A stretch of DNA of 64,000 nt from an uncultured Gemmatimonadales bacterium (GTDB lineage Bacteria > Gemmatimonadota > Gemmatimonadetes > Gemmatimonadales > GWC2-71-9), in NCBI GenBank assembly GCA_963825055.1, contig CAWGSK010000008.1, positions 53,818-117,817 of the forward strand, in the 5' to 3' direction. The translations under genes were made by a program, and so were the position numbers. Shown piece by piece: positions 1 to 10,949 of this stretch. Numbering within the stretch: the first letter of the stretch is position 1; each line of letters opens with the position of its first letter. The notes beneath the pieces were generated by a model that made no database searches, was not told where the DNA came from, and saw only the letters and a list, made by a program, of their open reading frames with translations.

Positions 1-3
1 GGC

Positions 4-546
4 TCATTGGACCGGGAGAGGGTGGTACACGCCGCTCCGCTCGCGCACGAGGCGGCGGGCCGAGAGGTCCTGGAGGGCGCCTGCCGCCGTCTCGAACGGC
101 CAGGCCTTGGATCCCGCCAGGCTGCTCAGGGTACAGGGGCCATCGCGGTGAATGTGCTGGAAGGCTTCCCGGGGCTCCCCGGCGATCGCCCCGAGGAGAA
201 ACGGCGGCTCGTCGGGCTCCGCCAGCGCCGCCATCACCAGGTTGTGGTTCCGGAGCACGTGGTCGATTGCCTCGCGATGGTCTTCGGACAGTCCTATCAG
301 GAGGACGTAATGCTCGCGCTCCGGCGCCCAGTCCAGCAGGAGCTTGGCGACGATTTCGTCGGCGCAGCTGAAGTCGAGAAGGCCCACCGCGGAGAAGTCG
401 AGCAGGGCGGTGAGGCACCGCGCGCGATCCATCGCGTTCTGTACTCCGTTACGAACCGCCACACCCGTCGGCCGGGTCACGAGGTCCCGGTACGGAGTGG
501 CAACGGCGTCCTGCAGAATCCGGTCAAGCCGGATGGTGTGGATCAT
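4..546 (-). CDS. STAS-like (DUF4325-like) domain protein with C-terminal winged-helix-like region
   Basis: 180-aa ORF; 'LLDFSAVGLLDFSCADEIVAKL' resembles the STAS D-x-S segment; C-terminus 'LQDLSARRLVRERSGVY' is wHTH-like; lies downstream of an HATPase gene. Confidence 0.55.
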   Translation of the reverse strand: MIHTIRLDRILQDAVATPYRDLVTRPTGVAVRNGVQNAMDRARCLTALLDFSAVGLLDFSCADEIVAKLLLDWAPEREHYVLLIGLSEDHREAIDHVLRNHNLVMAALAEPDEPPFLLGAIAGEPREAFQHIHRDGPCTLSSLAGSKAWPFETAAGALQDLSARRLVRERSGVYHPLPVQ

Positions 547-635
547 CGCGTGATGGAACCCTGGCGCGGGGGGTGGACGGAACGGGGACGATTGAAGATA
601 GGGAGAGGAGCGGACGGAGTCGAGGGTGGGGTGTC

Positions 636-768
636 GGGTATGGGGTATCGGGGATCGGGGATCGGGGATCGTTGGTTGTTGAATGGTTGAGTCGTTGAGT
701 TGGCAGTCGGCAATCGGCAGTCGGCAATCGTCCGTCCCGACCGCCTTGACCGTCCTGACCGCCCTGTC
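636..768. repeat. Mosaic of short tandem repeats (GGGATCG, GTTGAGTC-like, GGCAGTC/GGCAATC, GACCGTCCT-like)
   Basis: Four short-period arrays stacked in the intergenic region, beginning directly after the stop of the 769..1665 gene. Confidence 0.8.
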
Positions 769-1665
769 CTATTCCTCCTGCGCCGGTATCACAATCTGCA
801 GCTGCGAGCCCGGGAAGAAAGGCAGGTGCTCCGACAGCGGCACGTCGTCGTCCCAGGAGGGCACGATCGACAGGCGCGCGGTGCCGCTTCGGATGGAGAT
901 CTTGCCGTCCCACCGGGCGAGGTATCGCTTGATGCCGGCCAGGCCCTGGCCGCGGCCGGGATCGCGGAAGCGGCTGATGCCCTGGATGAGGGCGCTCTCG
1001 AGCGCCGCGCCATCGCCCCAGCGGTCGCCATAGCGCCGGGCCTGGACGCCCTCGAGCGAACGGCGGAATCCGATGCCGGCGTCGCTCACGGCGATCACCA
1101 CCACCCGCCGGCCGAGCTTCCGGCGAAATGTGTACGCATGGACGGACACCCAGCCGCTCGTCCCGGCGTGCTCGACGATGTTCTGGCAGGCCTCGGAGAG
1201 GGCCATGGCGAAGCCCATGGTCGCCTTGGCCTCCAGGCGGAGCTCGCCGGCCAGGATCCGCGCCGCACCCTCCTGGATCTTTCCCACCACGTGATGCACG
1301 TCTTCCGCGGCGCGCACCGGCGTCACGTCCAGCAGGACGTCGGACTGTTCCTGGGGGGCCATCTTCGGCACGCGTCCGTGGATCTCACAGAGTTCGGCGG
1401 CATACCGGAAAAAGCCGGCCTTGGCCCAGTAGCGCCGGACGTCCTCGCTTTTCGGCACGGTGAACAGGGGTTTTTCACCCTGGTGCTCACCCAGCCACTG
1501 CGCGGCGGAGAGCATGCCGATCATGCCATAGGGCGATGCCCACTGGGCGGCGTGCGCGTCAATGAGGACGCGTCCTCCCGCCTCCACCGCCTTCGAGAAG
1601 GACTGGGCGAACGTGTCGAAGCTGCGGTCATCAAAGCTGGAGGGTACCTCCACGACGCGGGTCAT
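769..1665 (-). CDS. Histidine-kinase-like ATPase (anti-sigma/Ser kinase type) with N-terminal STAS-like region
   Basis: N-box 'SEACQNIVEHA', G1 'VSDAGIGF', G2 'GRGQGL'; ATG at 1665 overlaps the upstream gene's TGA. Confidence 0.75.
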   Translation of the reverse strand: MTRVVEVPSSFDDRSFDTFAQSFSKAVEAGGRVLIDAHAAQWASPYGMIGMLSAAQWLGEHQGEKPLFTVPKSEDVRRYWAKAGFFRYAAELCEIHGRVPKMAPQEQSDVLLDVTPVRAAEDVHHVVGKIQEGAARILAGELRLEAKATMGFAMALSEACQNIVEHAGTSGWVSVHAYTFRRKLGRRVVVIAVSDAGIGFRRSLEGVQARRYGDRWGDGAALESALIQGISRFRDPGRGQGLAGIKRYLARWDGKISIRSGTARLSIVPSWDDDVPLSEHLPFFPGSQLQIVIPAQEE

Positions 1666-2609
1666 GCGGTCACCAGTTCGCCGCGGAGATGCCGGTTGAG
1701 CCCGGTTGCGCCGCGGTAGGCGGCGTTCCTGGCCCCGAAAGCATTGGCGTGACGCACGGCGGTCTCGACCGGGTCCCCCGCCAGCAGCCGGCCGAACAGG
1801 GCGGCGCCGAAGACATCGCCGCAACCGGTGGGATCCAGGGCCTCGGCAACCGGCGCCTCGATCCGCGCGGTGCGCACCGGGTCGCCGCTCCGGCGCACTC
1901 GGTCAGCGAGGGTATCGAACCCCGGCGCGGCCACGTAGGCCGTCCCCCGCGGGCCCAGGGTGACCGCGAGCAGGGAGACTCCGGCGCCCAGCGCCTCCGC
2001 GCTCAGTGCCAGCGGGTCGGGCGACAGCTGATGCATCTCGTCCTCGTTCACCTGGACCACGTCGAAGCAGCCGAACCAGTCGGCCGCGCGAGGGAGGGGT
2101 TGCAACCGCCGGATGCCGTCACCCTGCATGGCCAGGAGCAGGCTGTGCAGGTCGGCGTAGATCGGGCCGGCAAAGCCGTGACGCAGCGCCTGCGCCGTCC
2201 CGAGGCACATCTCGAAACCGGAAATGAAGTTCACGTACACCGCGTCGAGGCCCTGGACCATCGGGCCGAGTTCAGCCCAGTTCCAGCCGGGGACACCGCC
2301 TTCCATCCGTTCGCACCGGCGTTCGGTGCGGTCATAGCGGAGCGTGACGCGGTTGTTGGGCACCGGCACCTCGACGCAACGGGCTCCCGGCGCCAGTCGG
2401 CGGAGGCCGCCCAGGAACTCACGGGCACGGTCGGCCAGGTCGCGTCCAACCTTGATGAGGGGGACGATGTTCCAGTCCGGCGGCAGGGCGGCATCCATCC
2501 CCGACAGGGCATAGGCGATGCCCCCCCATTCTTCCACCGGGGGAGTGGCAGGGTCGCGGCCGTAGATGCGATCCCAGACCAGCGACCCGACGATACCGAC
2601 CTCAGGCAT
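1662..2609 (-). CDS. PfkB-family carbohydrate kinase
   Basis: 'DPTGCGDVFGAA' PfkB signature, N-terminal 'GGIAY', 'VNEDE'. Confidence 0.85.
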   Translation of the reverse strand: MPEVGIVGSLVWDRIYGRDPATPPVEEWGGIAYALSGMDAALPPDWNIVPLIKVGRDLADRAREFLGGLRRLAPGARCVEVPVPNNRVTLRYDRTERRCERMEGGVPGWNWAELGPMVQGLDAVYVNFISGFEMCLGTAQALRHGFAGPIYADLHSLLLAMQGDGIRRLQPLPRAADWFGCFDVVQVNEDEMHQLSPDPLALSAEALGAGVSLLAVTLGPRGTAYVAAPGFDTLADRVRRSGDPVRTARIEAPVAEALDPTGCGDVFGAALFGRLLAGDPVETAVRHANAFGARNAAYRGATGLNRHLRGELVTA

Positions 2610-3597
2610 GCAGGGCCTCGCGCCCGACGGCGGCACGGTGGTTCAGGAAGGCCCGCGCGGCGCCATAGACCCCGGCCGACTCGACCAGCTCGCCCGGCAC
2701 GACCCGACAGACCTCGACGGCTGGCTTGAAGGCGCGCCGGGAGATCTCGCGGCGCAGTGGCACGAAGAGTCGATCGCCCGCCTGGGTGACGCCGCCGCAG
2801 ATCACGACGACCTCTGGATTGAGCACGTTCATAAGGTTTGCCAGCCCGGCGCCGAGGAACTTGGCGGTGTCGCTTACCACCTCCTGGGCCAGTTCGTCGC
2901 CGTCGTTGGCGGCGGCGTACACTGTCTGGGCGGTGATGCGCGAGAGGTTGCCGTCCACGTAGGAAGGAATGGCTGTCTCGTAGCCGGACTCGATGGCCTC
3001 CACCGCGCGCTGCGCGATCGCCGGGCCGCTCGCGTACGCCTCGAGGCAGCCGTAGTTGCCGCACTTGCACAGGCGGCCGGTGGGGTCGATGGTCGTGTGC
3101 CCGATTTCCCCGGCGCAATCGGACGCGCCGTGGAAGAGCCGGCCGTCGATGACGATCCCGCCACCGATGCCAGTACCAATGGTGATTCCGACGACGATCT
3201 GCGCATCGCGCGCGGCGCCGAGCCAGCACTCGCCGAGGACGGCGCAGTTCGCGTCATTGTCAAGCCGGGCCGGCAGCTGGAGGCCGGCCCGGATACGGTC
3301 GCGGAGCGGCATGTTGACCCAGCCGAGGTTCGGGGTCAGCAGGACCACTCCGGTCTTCGTGTCGAGAGGCCCCGGCGCCCCGATGCCGACACCGAGGAAG
3401 GTGGCTTCCGGGTCCTCGAAGGCGGCCTGCTCCATGGCGCCCCGCGCGAGCGTGATCAGCCGGTGAATGACCGCGTCCGCCCCCTCCTCCGGGCGGGTGG
3501 GTTCGCTCCGCAGGCCGAGCAGCGCCGAGCCGTCCTCGGCGACGCAGCCGACGACCAGGTTCGTGCCTCCGATATCCATTCCGACGACGTAGCGCAC
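2602..3597 (-). CDS. ROK-family sugar kinase (glucokinase-like)
   Basis: 'DIGGT', 'NDANCA', 'GTGIGGG', 'GEIGH', Cys-rich 'CKCGNYGCLE'; GTG start after AGGAGG. Confidence 0.9.
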   Translation of the reverse strand: MRYVVGMDIGGTNLVVGCVAEDGSALLGLRSEPTRPEEGADAVIHRLITLARGAMEQAAFEDPEATFLGVGIGAPGPLDTKTGVVLLTPNLGWVNMPLRDRIRAGLQLPARLDNDANCAVLGECWLGAARDAQIVVGITIGTGIGGGIVIDGRLFHGASDCAGEIGHTTIDPTGRLCKCGNYGCLEAYASGPAIAQRAVEAIESGYETAIPSYVDGNLSRITAQTVYAAANDGDELAQEVVSDTAKFLGAGLANLMNVLNPEVVVICGGVTQAGDRLFVPLRREISRRAFKPAVEVCRVVPGELVESAGVYGAARAFLNHRAAVGREALHA

Positions 3598-3610
3598 GAC
3601 GGCAAACCTC

Positions 3611-4606
3611 CTATGGTCCCGTGACCTGCTGCTCGAGCGCATCGCGTATTGCGGCGGCCACCGTGGTGGCGTCGAGATCCCGCATGCAGCGATGATGGCC
3701 GAGCGGGCACACCTCCGGGCCGTGCCGGGAGCAGGGGCGGCAGGACAGCGTGTCAATGCCGAGCATCTGGTCGCCGGGTCCGCGGGGTCCGAAGCCGAAG
3801 GCCGGAACCGTGGGGCCGAACAGCGCCACCACCGGCGTGCCAGCGGCCGTTGCCAGGTGCAGCGGTGCCGAATCGTTGGTGACCAGCAGCGCGGCCCGGC
3901 CGATCAGCGCCGTCGACGCCCGGAGCGACAGGGCGCCGGCGGCGTTGTGAATGTGGTCCGGTGCCCGGGCAGCGACCCGTTCGCCCAGGTCCCGGTCGGC
4001 CGGCCCCCCGACAACGACGATGTCCCGTTCGAGTGTTGCGGCCAGTCCTTCATAATAGGGCCATCGCTTGGTTCCCCAAATGGAGCCGGGGGCGATCGCG
4101 ACGAACCCCGGGGAGACGCCATGCTGGCGGAGCCAGGTATCCGCGGCCTCCCTGTCCTGGTCGGTGGTCACGATGGTGACCGGCGGGGCCGGGTCGTCGT
4201 GCCCTGCGAGGGCGAGCAGGCGTTCCACCTCGTGGCCGGCCTTCGGGCGGGGGATGCTCCGGGTGTACAGCGCCCGGGCGCCGTCGGCAAAGCCGATGCG
4301 CTCCGGGATCCGGGCCAGGAGCGCGACTCCTCCCGTACGCCAGGAGCGGTGGGGAAGCCAGGCCCGCTCGTAGCGGGCGTCCCGGAGCCGGGCGGCGAGA
4401 CGGTGGAACCCCCTCCACCCGCGGTCCTCCCCCTGCTTGTCCCACGGGATCACCTGCCGGACGGCAGGATGTGTCTCGAGGAGCGGCGCCGCGGCCGGCG
4501 TCGTGACGACGTCGAGCGGTCCCTCACGCTCCGCCAGCACCGTGAGCAGCGGCGTGGTGAGGACCACGTCGCCGAGGAAGGCCGTCTGGATGAGGAGGGA
4601 GGACAT
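3611..4606 (-). CDS. waaF: Lipopolysaccharide heptosyltransferase II (GT9)
   Basis: 'TAFLGDVVLTTP', 'APGSIWGTKRWP', 'NDSAPLHLA', 'LFGPT', 'CRPC...CPLGHHRCM'. Confidence 0.85.
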   Translation of the reverse strand: MSSLLIQTAFLGDVVLTTPLLTVLAEREGPLDVVTTPAAAPLLETHPAVRQVIPWDKQGEDRGWRGFHRLAARLRDARYERAWLPHRSWRTGGVALLARIPERIGFADGARALYTRSIPRPKAGHEVERLLALAGHDDPAPPVTIVTTDQDREAADTWLRQHGVSPGFVAIAPGSIWGTKRWPYYEGLAATLERDIVVVGGPADRDLGERVAARAPDHIHNAAGALSLRASTALIGRAALLVTNDSAPLHLATAAGTPVVALFGPTVPAFGFGPRGPGDQMLGIDTLSCRPCSRHGPEVCPLGHHRCMRDLDATTVAAAIRDALEQQVTGP

Positions 4607-4612
4607 GTGAGA

Positions 4613-4776
4613 GTGACTAGTGACTAGTGACTGGTGACTGGTGACTGGTGACTGGTGATTGGTGATTGGTGATTGGTGACTGGTGATTGGTGATTGAAAT
4701 CGGTTACAGGGGTGGTGGATCGCCGCTGGACTTCGCCCCTCTATCCCTAGTCACTAATCACTAGTCACTAGTCACT
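4613..4776. repeat. Inverted pair of heptamer arrays (GTGACTA/GTGACTG/GTGATTG)n ... (TAGTCAC)n
   Basis: About 11 units at 4613-4695 and about 4 reverse-complement units at 4748-4776, just past the lepA stop. Confidence 0.9.
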
Positions 4777-4779
4777 GTC

Positions 4780-6579
<1,800 letters not shown>

Positions 6580-6631
6580 GGGGGAGAATATAGTGGGGAG
6601 AGGGTGGCGCGGAGGGGGTGGCAGGCGGCTT

Positions 6632-6731
6632 GTGGCAAGTGGCGAGTGGCAAGTGGTAGGCGGCCAGCAACAGGCGCTCCGATTTCTTCAGTCCTCCTCC
6701 ACTTGCCACTTGCTACTTCCCACTTGCCGCC
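6632..6731. repeat. Inverted heptamer arrays (GTGGCAA)n ... (CACTTGC)n
   Basis: About 4 units per arm around a ~40-nt core, directly after the stop of 6736..7830. Confidence 0.8.
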
Positions 6732-6735
6732 TCCC

Positions 6736-7830
6736 TCACCCGCACTTCACCTCCCCTTCCTCCCATCCCGGCGGAGTCAGGGCACCGACCCCCATGGCGC
6801 AGGTCAGCCTGAGGTCCGGGTGGGTGGCGACGGCTACCCAGGAGAAACCGGAGTGGAGGTAGATACCCAGGGTGGCGCCGGAGGTCGGCGAGAGCGCCAG
6901 GCTGTCGGCGGTCGAGGCGTACGCCCCGTGGTTGGAGAAATACATCTCCTGCGCCATGAGGATGCTGCGGAGGTCCGCCGCGATCGACTCCACCAGTTCC
7001 GGGTGGGCGGCAGCCTCGGCCACCGGGTTGTAGGGCGGTGGCGCAACGGTACGGTCCGGTGCAGCCGGCGTGGGGGTTCCCTGAAGGGCATAGAGGGCGA
7101 TCCGCTCGACGTCGTCCCGGTCCCGCTCGAGGCCCAGCACCCAGTCCGGTCCGAAGTCCTGGACCTCGAAGCCGGCCGGCAGCCGGGCGCTCGCGATCGG
7201 GTGGCCGTCCACGTGCACGGTCCAGGCGCTGTCGCCGGGGTTCCTCGTCCACAGGCTTCCGCTCGACGTCCACCGCGCCTCGCGCACCCGGCCAGCCGGT
7301 ATGTCATCGTCCAGCGCGTCCAGCGCTGTCCGGACCGTCTCCGCGCTCACCGTCGCGGGAGGAAGAGTGGCCCAGGTCTGGCGGTAGACGAGCACGTTCC
7401 CCGGAAACTCCGTCGCGTTACCCGGGAGGAGTGGGGCCGTCCGGATGCCGTCGTTGCTGCGGTCAATCAGGGTCAGACGGCGGTTGCCGCTGTCGAGCAC
7501 CTTGAGGGTGTCCTCGTTGCCGGCCAGGAAGAGCCTTCCGGTGTACTCCCCAGGCCCCTTTCCCTGTCGTCCCATGGTCTTGAGAAAATGTCCGGCGCTG
7601 TCGAACCAGCGGAGTTCGTGTGTTCCGGAGTTGGCGAGAAGGATCGTGCCGTCGTCCAGCCGGACAGACGAGGTCACCTGGTCCAGCTCGGTTGGGCCAG
7701 TACCTTCCGCGCCGCCGATGACAAGGGATGGTTCTGAAGCGGTGGACCAGGTCGGCAGTGGGGGAGCGGAAGCGGGCTCGCTGCCACAGGCGGAGAGGAG
7801 GATGATCACGACAGCAGCGAGGTTGCGCAT
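6736..7830 (-). CDS. Lipoprotein: beta-propeller-like N-terminal region fused to a type IV pilin-head-like C-terminal domain
   Basis: Lipobox 'LLSAC'; 'GRQGKGPGEY' propeller motif; C-terminal 'DLRSILMAQEMYF...WVAVATHP...TC...EGEVKC'. Confidence 0.6.
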   Translation of the reverse strand: MRNLAAVVIILLSACGSEPASAPPLPTWSTASEPSLVIGGAEGTGPTELDQVTSSVRLDDGTILLANSGTHELRWFDSAGHFLKTMGRQGKGPGEYTGRLFLAGNEDTLKVLDSGNRRLTLIDRSNDGIRTAPLLPGNATEFPGNVLVYRQTWATLPPATVSAETVRTALDALDDDIPAGRVREARWTSSGSLWTRNPGDSAWTVHVDGHPIASARLPAGFEVQDFGPDWVLGLERDRDDVERIALYALQGTPTPAAPDRTVAPPPYNPVAEAAAHPELVESIAADLRSILMAQEMYFSNHGAYASTADSLALSPTSGATLGIYLHSGFSWVAVATHPDLRLTCAMGVGALTPPGWEEGEVKCG

Positions 7831-7951
7831 GTTTGCGAGGCCGAGGGTCGAGAGTCGGATGCGTGAAAGTACCGCACTCCGCGCATCGGATGGCACTGGA
7901 TGACTGATAAGTCTATTCATGTCCGGCGGATCGGCCAGGGCGCCACCCGTG

Positions 7952-9499
7952 TCAGTGAACGGCGTACACCACCGCCCGACCCAGCACTTCCCGCAGCGCC
8001 GCGGCAAACTCCGCCAGCGTCGCGGGCTTCTTGAGCGTCTTCACGATGCCGGCTCCCTCCAGTCGCTGTTCCGGCAGCTGGGCCAGGTGGCCGGTCAGCA
8101 GGATGACCGGCGCCGTATTGCCGAGGGCGCGGAGCCGCTCGGCAAGCTCGACGCCGGTGGTGCCGGGCATCGAGTAGTCGGTGATGATGGCGGAGAAGCT
8201 GTTGGGAGATTCGGTGAACCGGGCGAGGGCCTCGTCCGGTCCGTTCGCCGTGGTGACGAGGTAACCGAGGGTCTCCACCCGGCGGCGCCCGACCCGCACG
8301 AGGGAGGGCTCGTCGTCCACGTACAGCAGGCGCTCGCCCTGGCCGGTGGGGAGCGCGTTCGAGAGCGGCGGTGCCTCGTCCTCGCTGTGCTCCAGCGCGG
8401 GGAAGTAGCACCGGACCATGGTGCCTTCCCCCGGTTCACTTTCCACGGACACGGCGCCCTCGTGATCCCGCAGGATCCCGTGGACCATGGACAGTCCCAG
8501 GCCGCTGCCTTCGCCCGGCCCTTTCGTGGTGAAGAAGGGCTCGAAGGCCCGCTGCCGGGTCCGCTCGTCCATGCCGGCGCCGGTATCCTGGACCGTCATC
8601 ACCAGGTACGGGCCCTCGTGGAGCGAGGGGTTGGCCCGGACCGCGCTGTCAGTCATGTAAGCCGGCGTGAGGCCGATGGCCAGGGTTCCGCCGTCCGCCA
8701 TGGCGTGGGCGGCGTTCGTGGCGAGGTTCATCAGGACCTGCTCGACCGCGGTGGTGTCCGCCATGACCCGGCTGGCCCCTGAGGCCAGGTTGACCTCGAT
8801 GCTGATTTCGGCGGGGAGCGTGGCGCGCAGGAGGCCGGCGGTATCCCGCAGGACCGCCGCCAGGTCGGTGGGAAGCTGGCGGCTGACCTGGCGCCGGCTG
8901 AACCGGAGGATCCGGTCTACCAGCGTCCGCCCGCGGGTGGCCGCGTTGAGGACCTGCTGCAGGTCAGAAACGGCCTGCGGGTTGTCATCCAGACCGCGTA
9001 CCACGAGTTCGGTGTATCCGATGATGCCCGCGAGGAGGTTGTTGAAGTCGTGCGCGATGCCACCCGCCAGGGTGCCGATGGCCTCCATCTTCTGGGCCTG
9101 CCGCAGCATTTCCTGCAGGCGGTCCCGCTCCTCCTCCGCAGCCTTCCGCGCGCTGATGTCGACGATGGAGCTGAGGACAAAGAGGCCCTCATCGGTCCTG
9201 ACCGGCGTGAGCCCGATCTCGATGGGTACCTCGGTGCCGTCCTTGCGGCGACCATGGAGTTCGCGCCCCACCCCGAGCTTGAGCGGCTGGGGATCCTGGA
9301 GGTAGGCCTCCAGCTGACCGGGGTGCTTGCCATGCATGTTGAGGGGAACGAGCAGGTTTACCGGCTGTCCAATCAGCTCTTGACGATCGTAACCGAACAG
9401 CCGTTCGACTTCCCGGTTGACGAGAACGATGGTCCCGGAGGCGTCCACCATGACGAGGCCGCTGGGTGAGTGCTCAACCGCAGCCCGAAGGCGTTCCAC
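7952..9499 (-). CDS. PAS-domain hybrid sensor histidine kinase / receiver
   Basis: PAS domain, H-box 'AHDFNNLL', 'FEPFFTTK...GSGLGLS', receiver 'YVDDE...TDYSMP'. Confidence 0.92.
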   Translation of the reverse strand: MERLRAAVEHSPSGLVMVDASGTIVLVNREVERLFGYDRQELIGQPVNLLVPLNMHGKHPGQLEAYLQDPQPLKLGVGRELHGRRKDGTEVPIEIGLTPVRTDEGLFVLSSIVDISARKAAEEERDRLQEMLRQAQKMEAIGTLAGGIAHDFNNLLAGIIGYTELVVRGLDDNPQAVSDLQQVLNAATRGRTLVDRILRFSRRQVSRQLPTDLAAVLRDTAGLLRATLPAEISIEVNLASGASRVMADTTAVEQVLMNLATNAAHAMADGGTLAIGLTPAYMTDSAVRANPSLHEGPYLVMTVQDTGAGMDERTRQRAFEPFFTTKGPGEGSGLGLSMVHGILRDHEGAVSVESEPGEGTMVRCYFPALEHSEDEAPPLSNALPTGQGERLLYVDDEPSLVRVGRRRVETLGYLVTTANGPDEALARFTESPNSFSAIITDYSMPGTTGVELAERLRALGNTAPVILLTGHLAQLPEQRLEGAGIVKTLKKPATLAEFAAALREVLGRAVVYAVH

Positions 9500-9614
9500 T
9501 GTATCAGGGAAGATTCAGGAGTGAGGCGCCCCGGAGCCGGGGCGCAGGGACCGCTGGCATCGGAGAAATGTGGGGCAGGGAACGGGTGCGGGATGTGACG
9601 GGGGTCACGGGGGG

Positions 9615-9711
9615 AGGGAGTAGGGAGTAGGGAGTAGGGGGACGAGGTCACGGAGGGACGCCTATTCCCTATTCCCTATTCCCTACTCCCTGCTCCCCGT
9701 TCCCTGCAGTT
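9615..9711. repeat. Inverted heptamer arrays (AGGGAGT)n ... (CCCTATT/CCCTACT)n
   Basis: Arms at ~9615-9640 and ~9661-9700; the right arm supplies the last codons and stop of the CMD gene. Confidence 0.8.
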
Positions 9712-10039
9712 CCTCCAGCCGCTCCATCGCCCGCCTCAAATGCGGGACCACGATACTCCCACCCACGATCAGCGACACGCTGAAGATCTCCATGAGCTGG
9801 TCCATGGTGACCCCTTCCTCGTGGCAGCGGATGACGTGGTACGTGATGCAGTCGTCGCAGCGGAGGACCATGCTGGCCGCGAGGCCCAGCATTTCCTTGG
9901 TGCGGGTATCGAGCGCGCCGTTTTCGTAGGTCCGCCCGTCCAGGGCAAAGAAACGGTTCACCGTGAGGTTGCCCGCGGCGAAGATGCGCTCGTTCATGCG
10001 CTCGCGGAAGGCGTTGAAGTCGGCGATGGACTCGGACAT
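9683..10039 (-). CDS. Carboxymuconolactone decarboxylase/AhpD-family protein
   Basis: 'GALDTRTKEMLGLAASMVLRCDDCITYH' CxxC motif. Confidence 0.85.
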   Translation of the reverse strand: MSESIADFNAFRERMNERIFAAGNLTVNRFFALDGRTYENGALDTRTKEMLGLAASMVLRCDDCITYHVIRCHEEGVTMDQLMEIFSVSLIVGGSIVVPHLRRAMERLEELQGTGSRE

Positions 10040-10091
10040 GCGGGGCCCGTGGAGAGGGGGATCTGGAAAGCGTGAAAGGTAAAAGGTAAAA

Positions 10092-10480
10092 GACCTCACC
10101 CCCCAGCCCCCTCTCCAAGTCGTGTGTGGAGAGGGCGAGGGCACTTCAGTCACGGATCTCTGACCGTCCTGACCGCCCTGTCCGTCCTGACCGCGCTGTT
10201 TGACCTCACCCCCCGGCCCCCTCTCCATGAATGGAGAGGGGGGAGGAGAATCTGGCTATTTCTGATCGGCCTCCTCACGTCGCATTCCATCCGCGTGCTG
10301 ACCGCACCCCCCGGCCCCTGACCTCACCCCCCAGCCCCCTCTCCATGAATGGAGAGGGGGAGAGGAGAATCTGGCTATTTCTGATCGGCCTCCTCACGTC
10401 GCATTCCATCCGCGGTGCTGACCGCACCCCCCGGCCCCTGACCTCACCCCCCAGCCCCCTCTCCATGAATGGAGAGGGGG
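10092..10480 (+). repeat. Left array of 4 REP-like hairpin repeats GACCTCACCCCCCAGCCCCCTCTCCATGAATGGAGAGGGGG
   Basis: Copies start at 10092, 10202, 10320 and 10440; internal palindrome CCCCCTCTCCAT/ATGGAGAGGGGG; the last two spacers are near-identical. Confidence 0.92.
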
Positions 10481-10559
10481 AGCCGCTCTCTGCAGGAGCA
10501 GGGCTCGGATTGCGGATTCCTGGTCCTGCAATGCTGGATGGCGATCGTACCTTGGCCGT

Positions 10560-10949
10560 GTGCGGATCACCGGACATCAACGGCTCCGAGCGATGAAGGC
10601 GGCACTGGCAAAGTGCTTCCGCCGTCAGCAGACGGAGTCAGAGCGAAAGGCGTGGGGGTTGCTCAGGAACCGCCGGATGTTGGGACTCAAGTTCCGACGG
10701 CAGCAGGTAATCGGCGGGTTCGTGGTCGACTTCTATTGCCCGGCCTTGAGGTTGGTACTGGAAATCGACGGCGAGGTTCACGGCACCATTGAACAGCAGA
10801 CGTACGACTTGACCAGAACGGAATACCTCCAGTCGCGGGATGTGAAGGTGTTCAGGATTTCGAACTCGGAAGTCACCCATGAATTGCTACGACAACGCCT
10901 CCTGAGCGAGTTCCCCCTCTCCATTCATGGAGAGGGGGACAGGGGGTGA
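10560..10949 (+). CDS. DUF559 (Vsr-like PD-(D/E)XK) endonuclease domain protein
   Basis: 'TESERKAWGLLRNRR..GLKFRRQQVIGGFVVDFYCPALRLVLEIDGEVH...D..R..YL....VKVFRISNSEV'; GTG start 6 nt after TACCTT (alternative ATG at 10593); stop lies inside the first right-hand repeat. Confidence 0.9.
   Translation: MRITGHQRLRAMKAALAKCFRRQQTESERKAWGLLRNRRMLGLKFRRQQVIGGFVVDFYCPALRLVLEIDGEVHGTIEQQTYDLTRTEYLQSRDVKVFRISNSEVTHELLRQRLLSEFPLSIHGEGDRG

Noticed and set aside
10124..10596. Short ORFs starting 'MERG...' over the repeats (also at 10887-11573)
   Set aside because: They are translations of the hairpin repeat itself (ATGGAGAGGGG), with no independent coding evidence.
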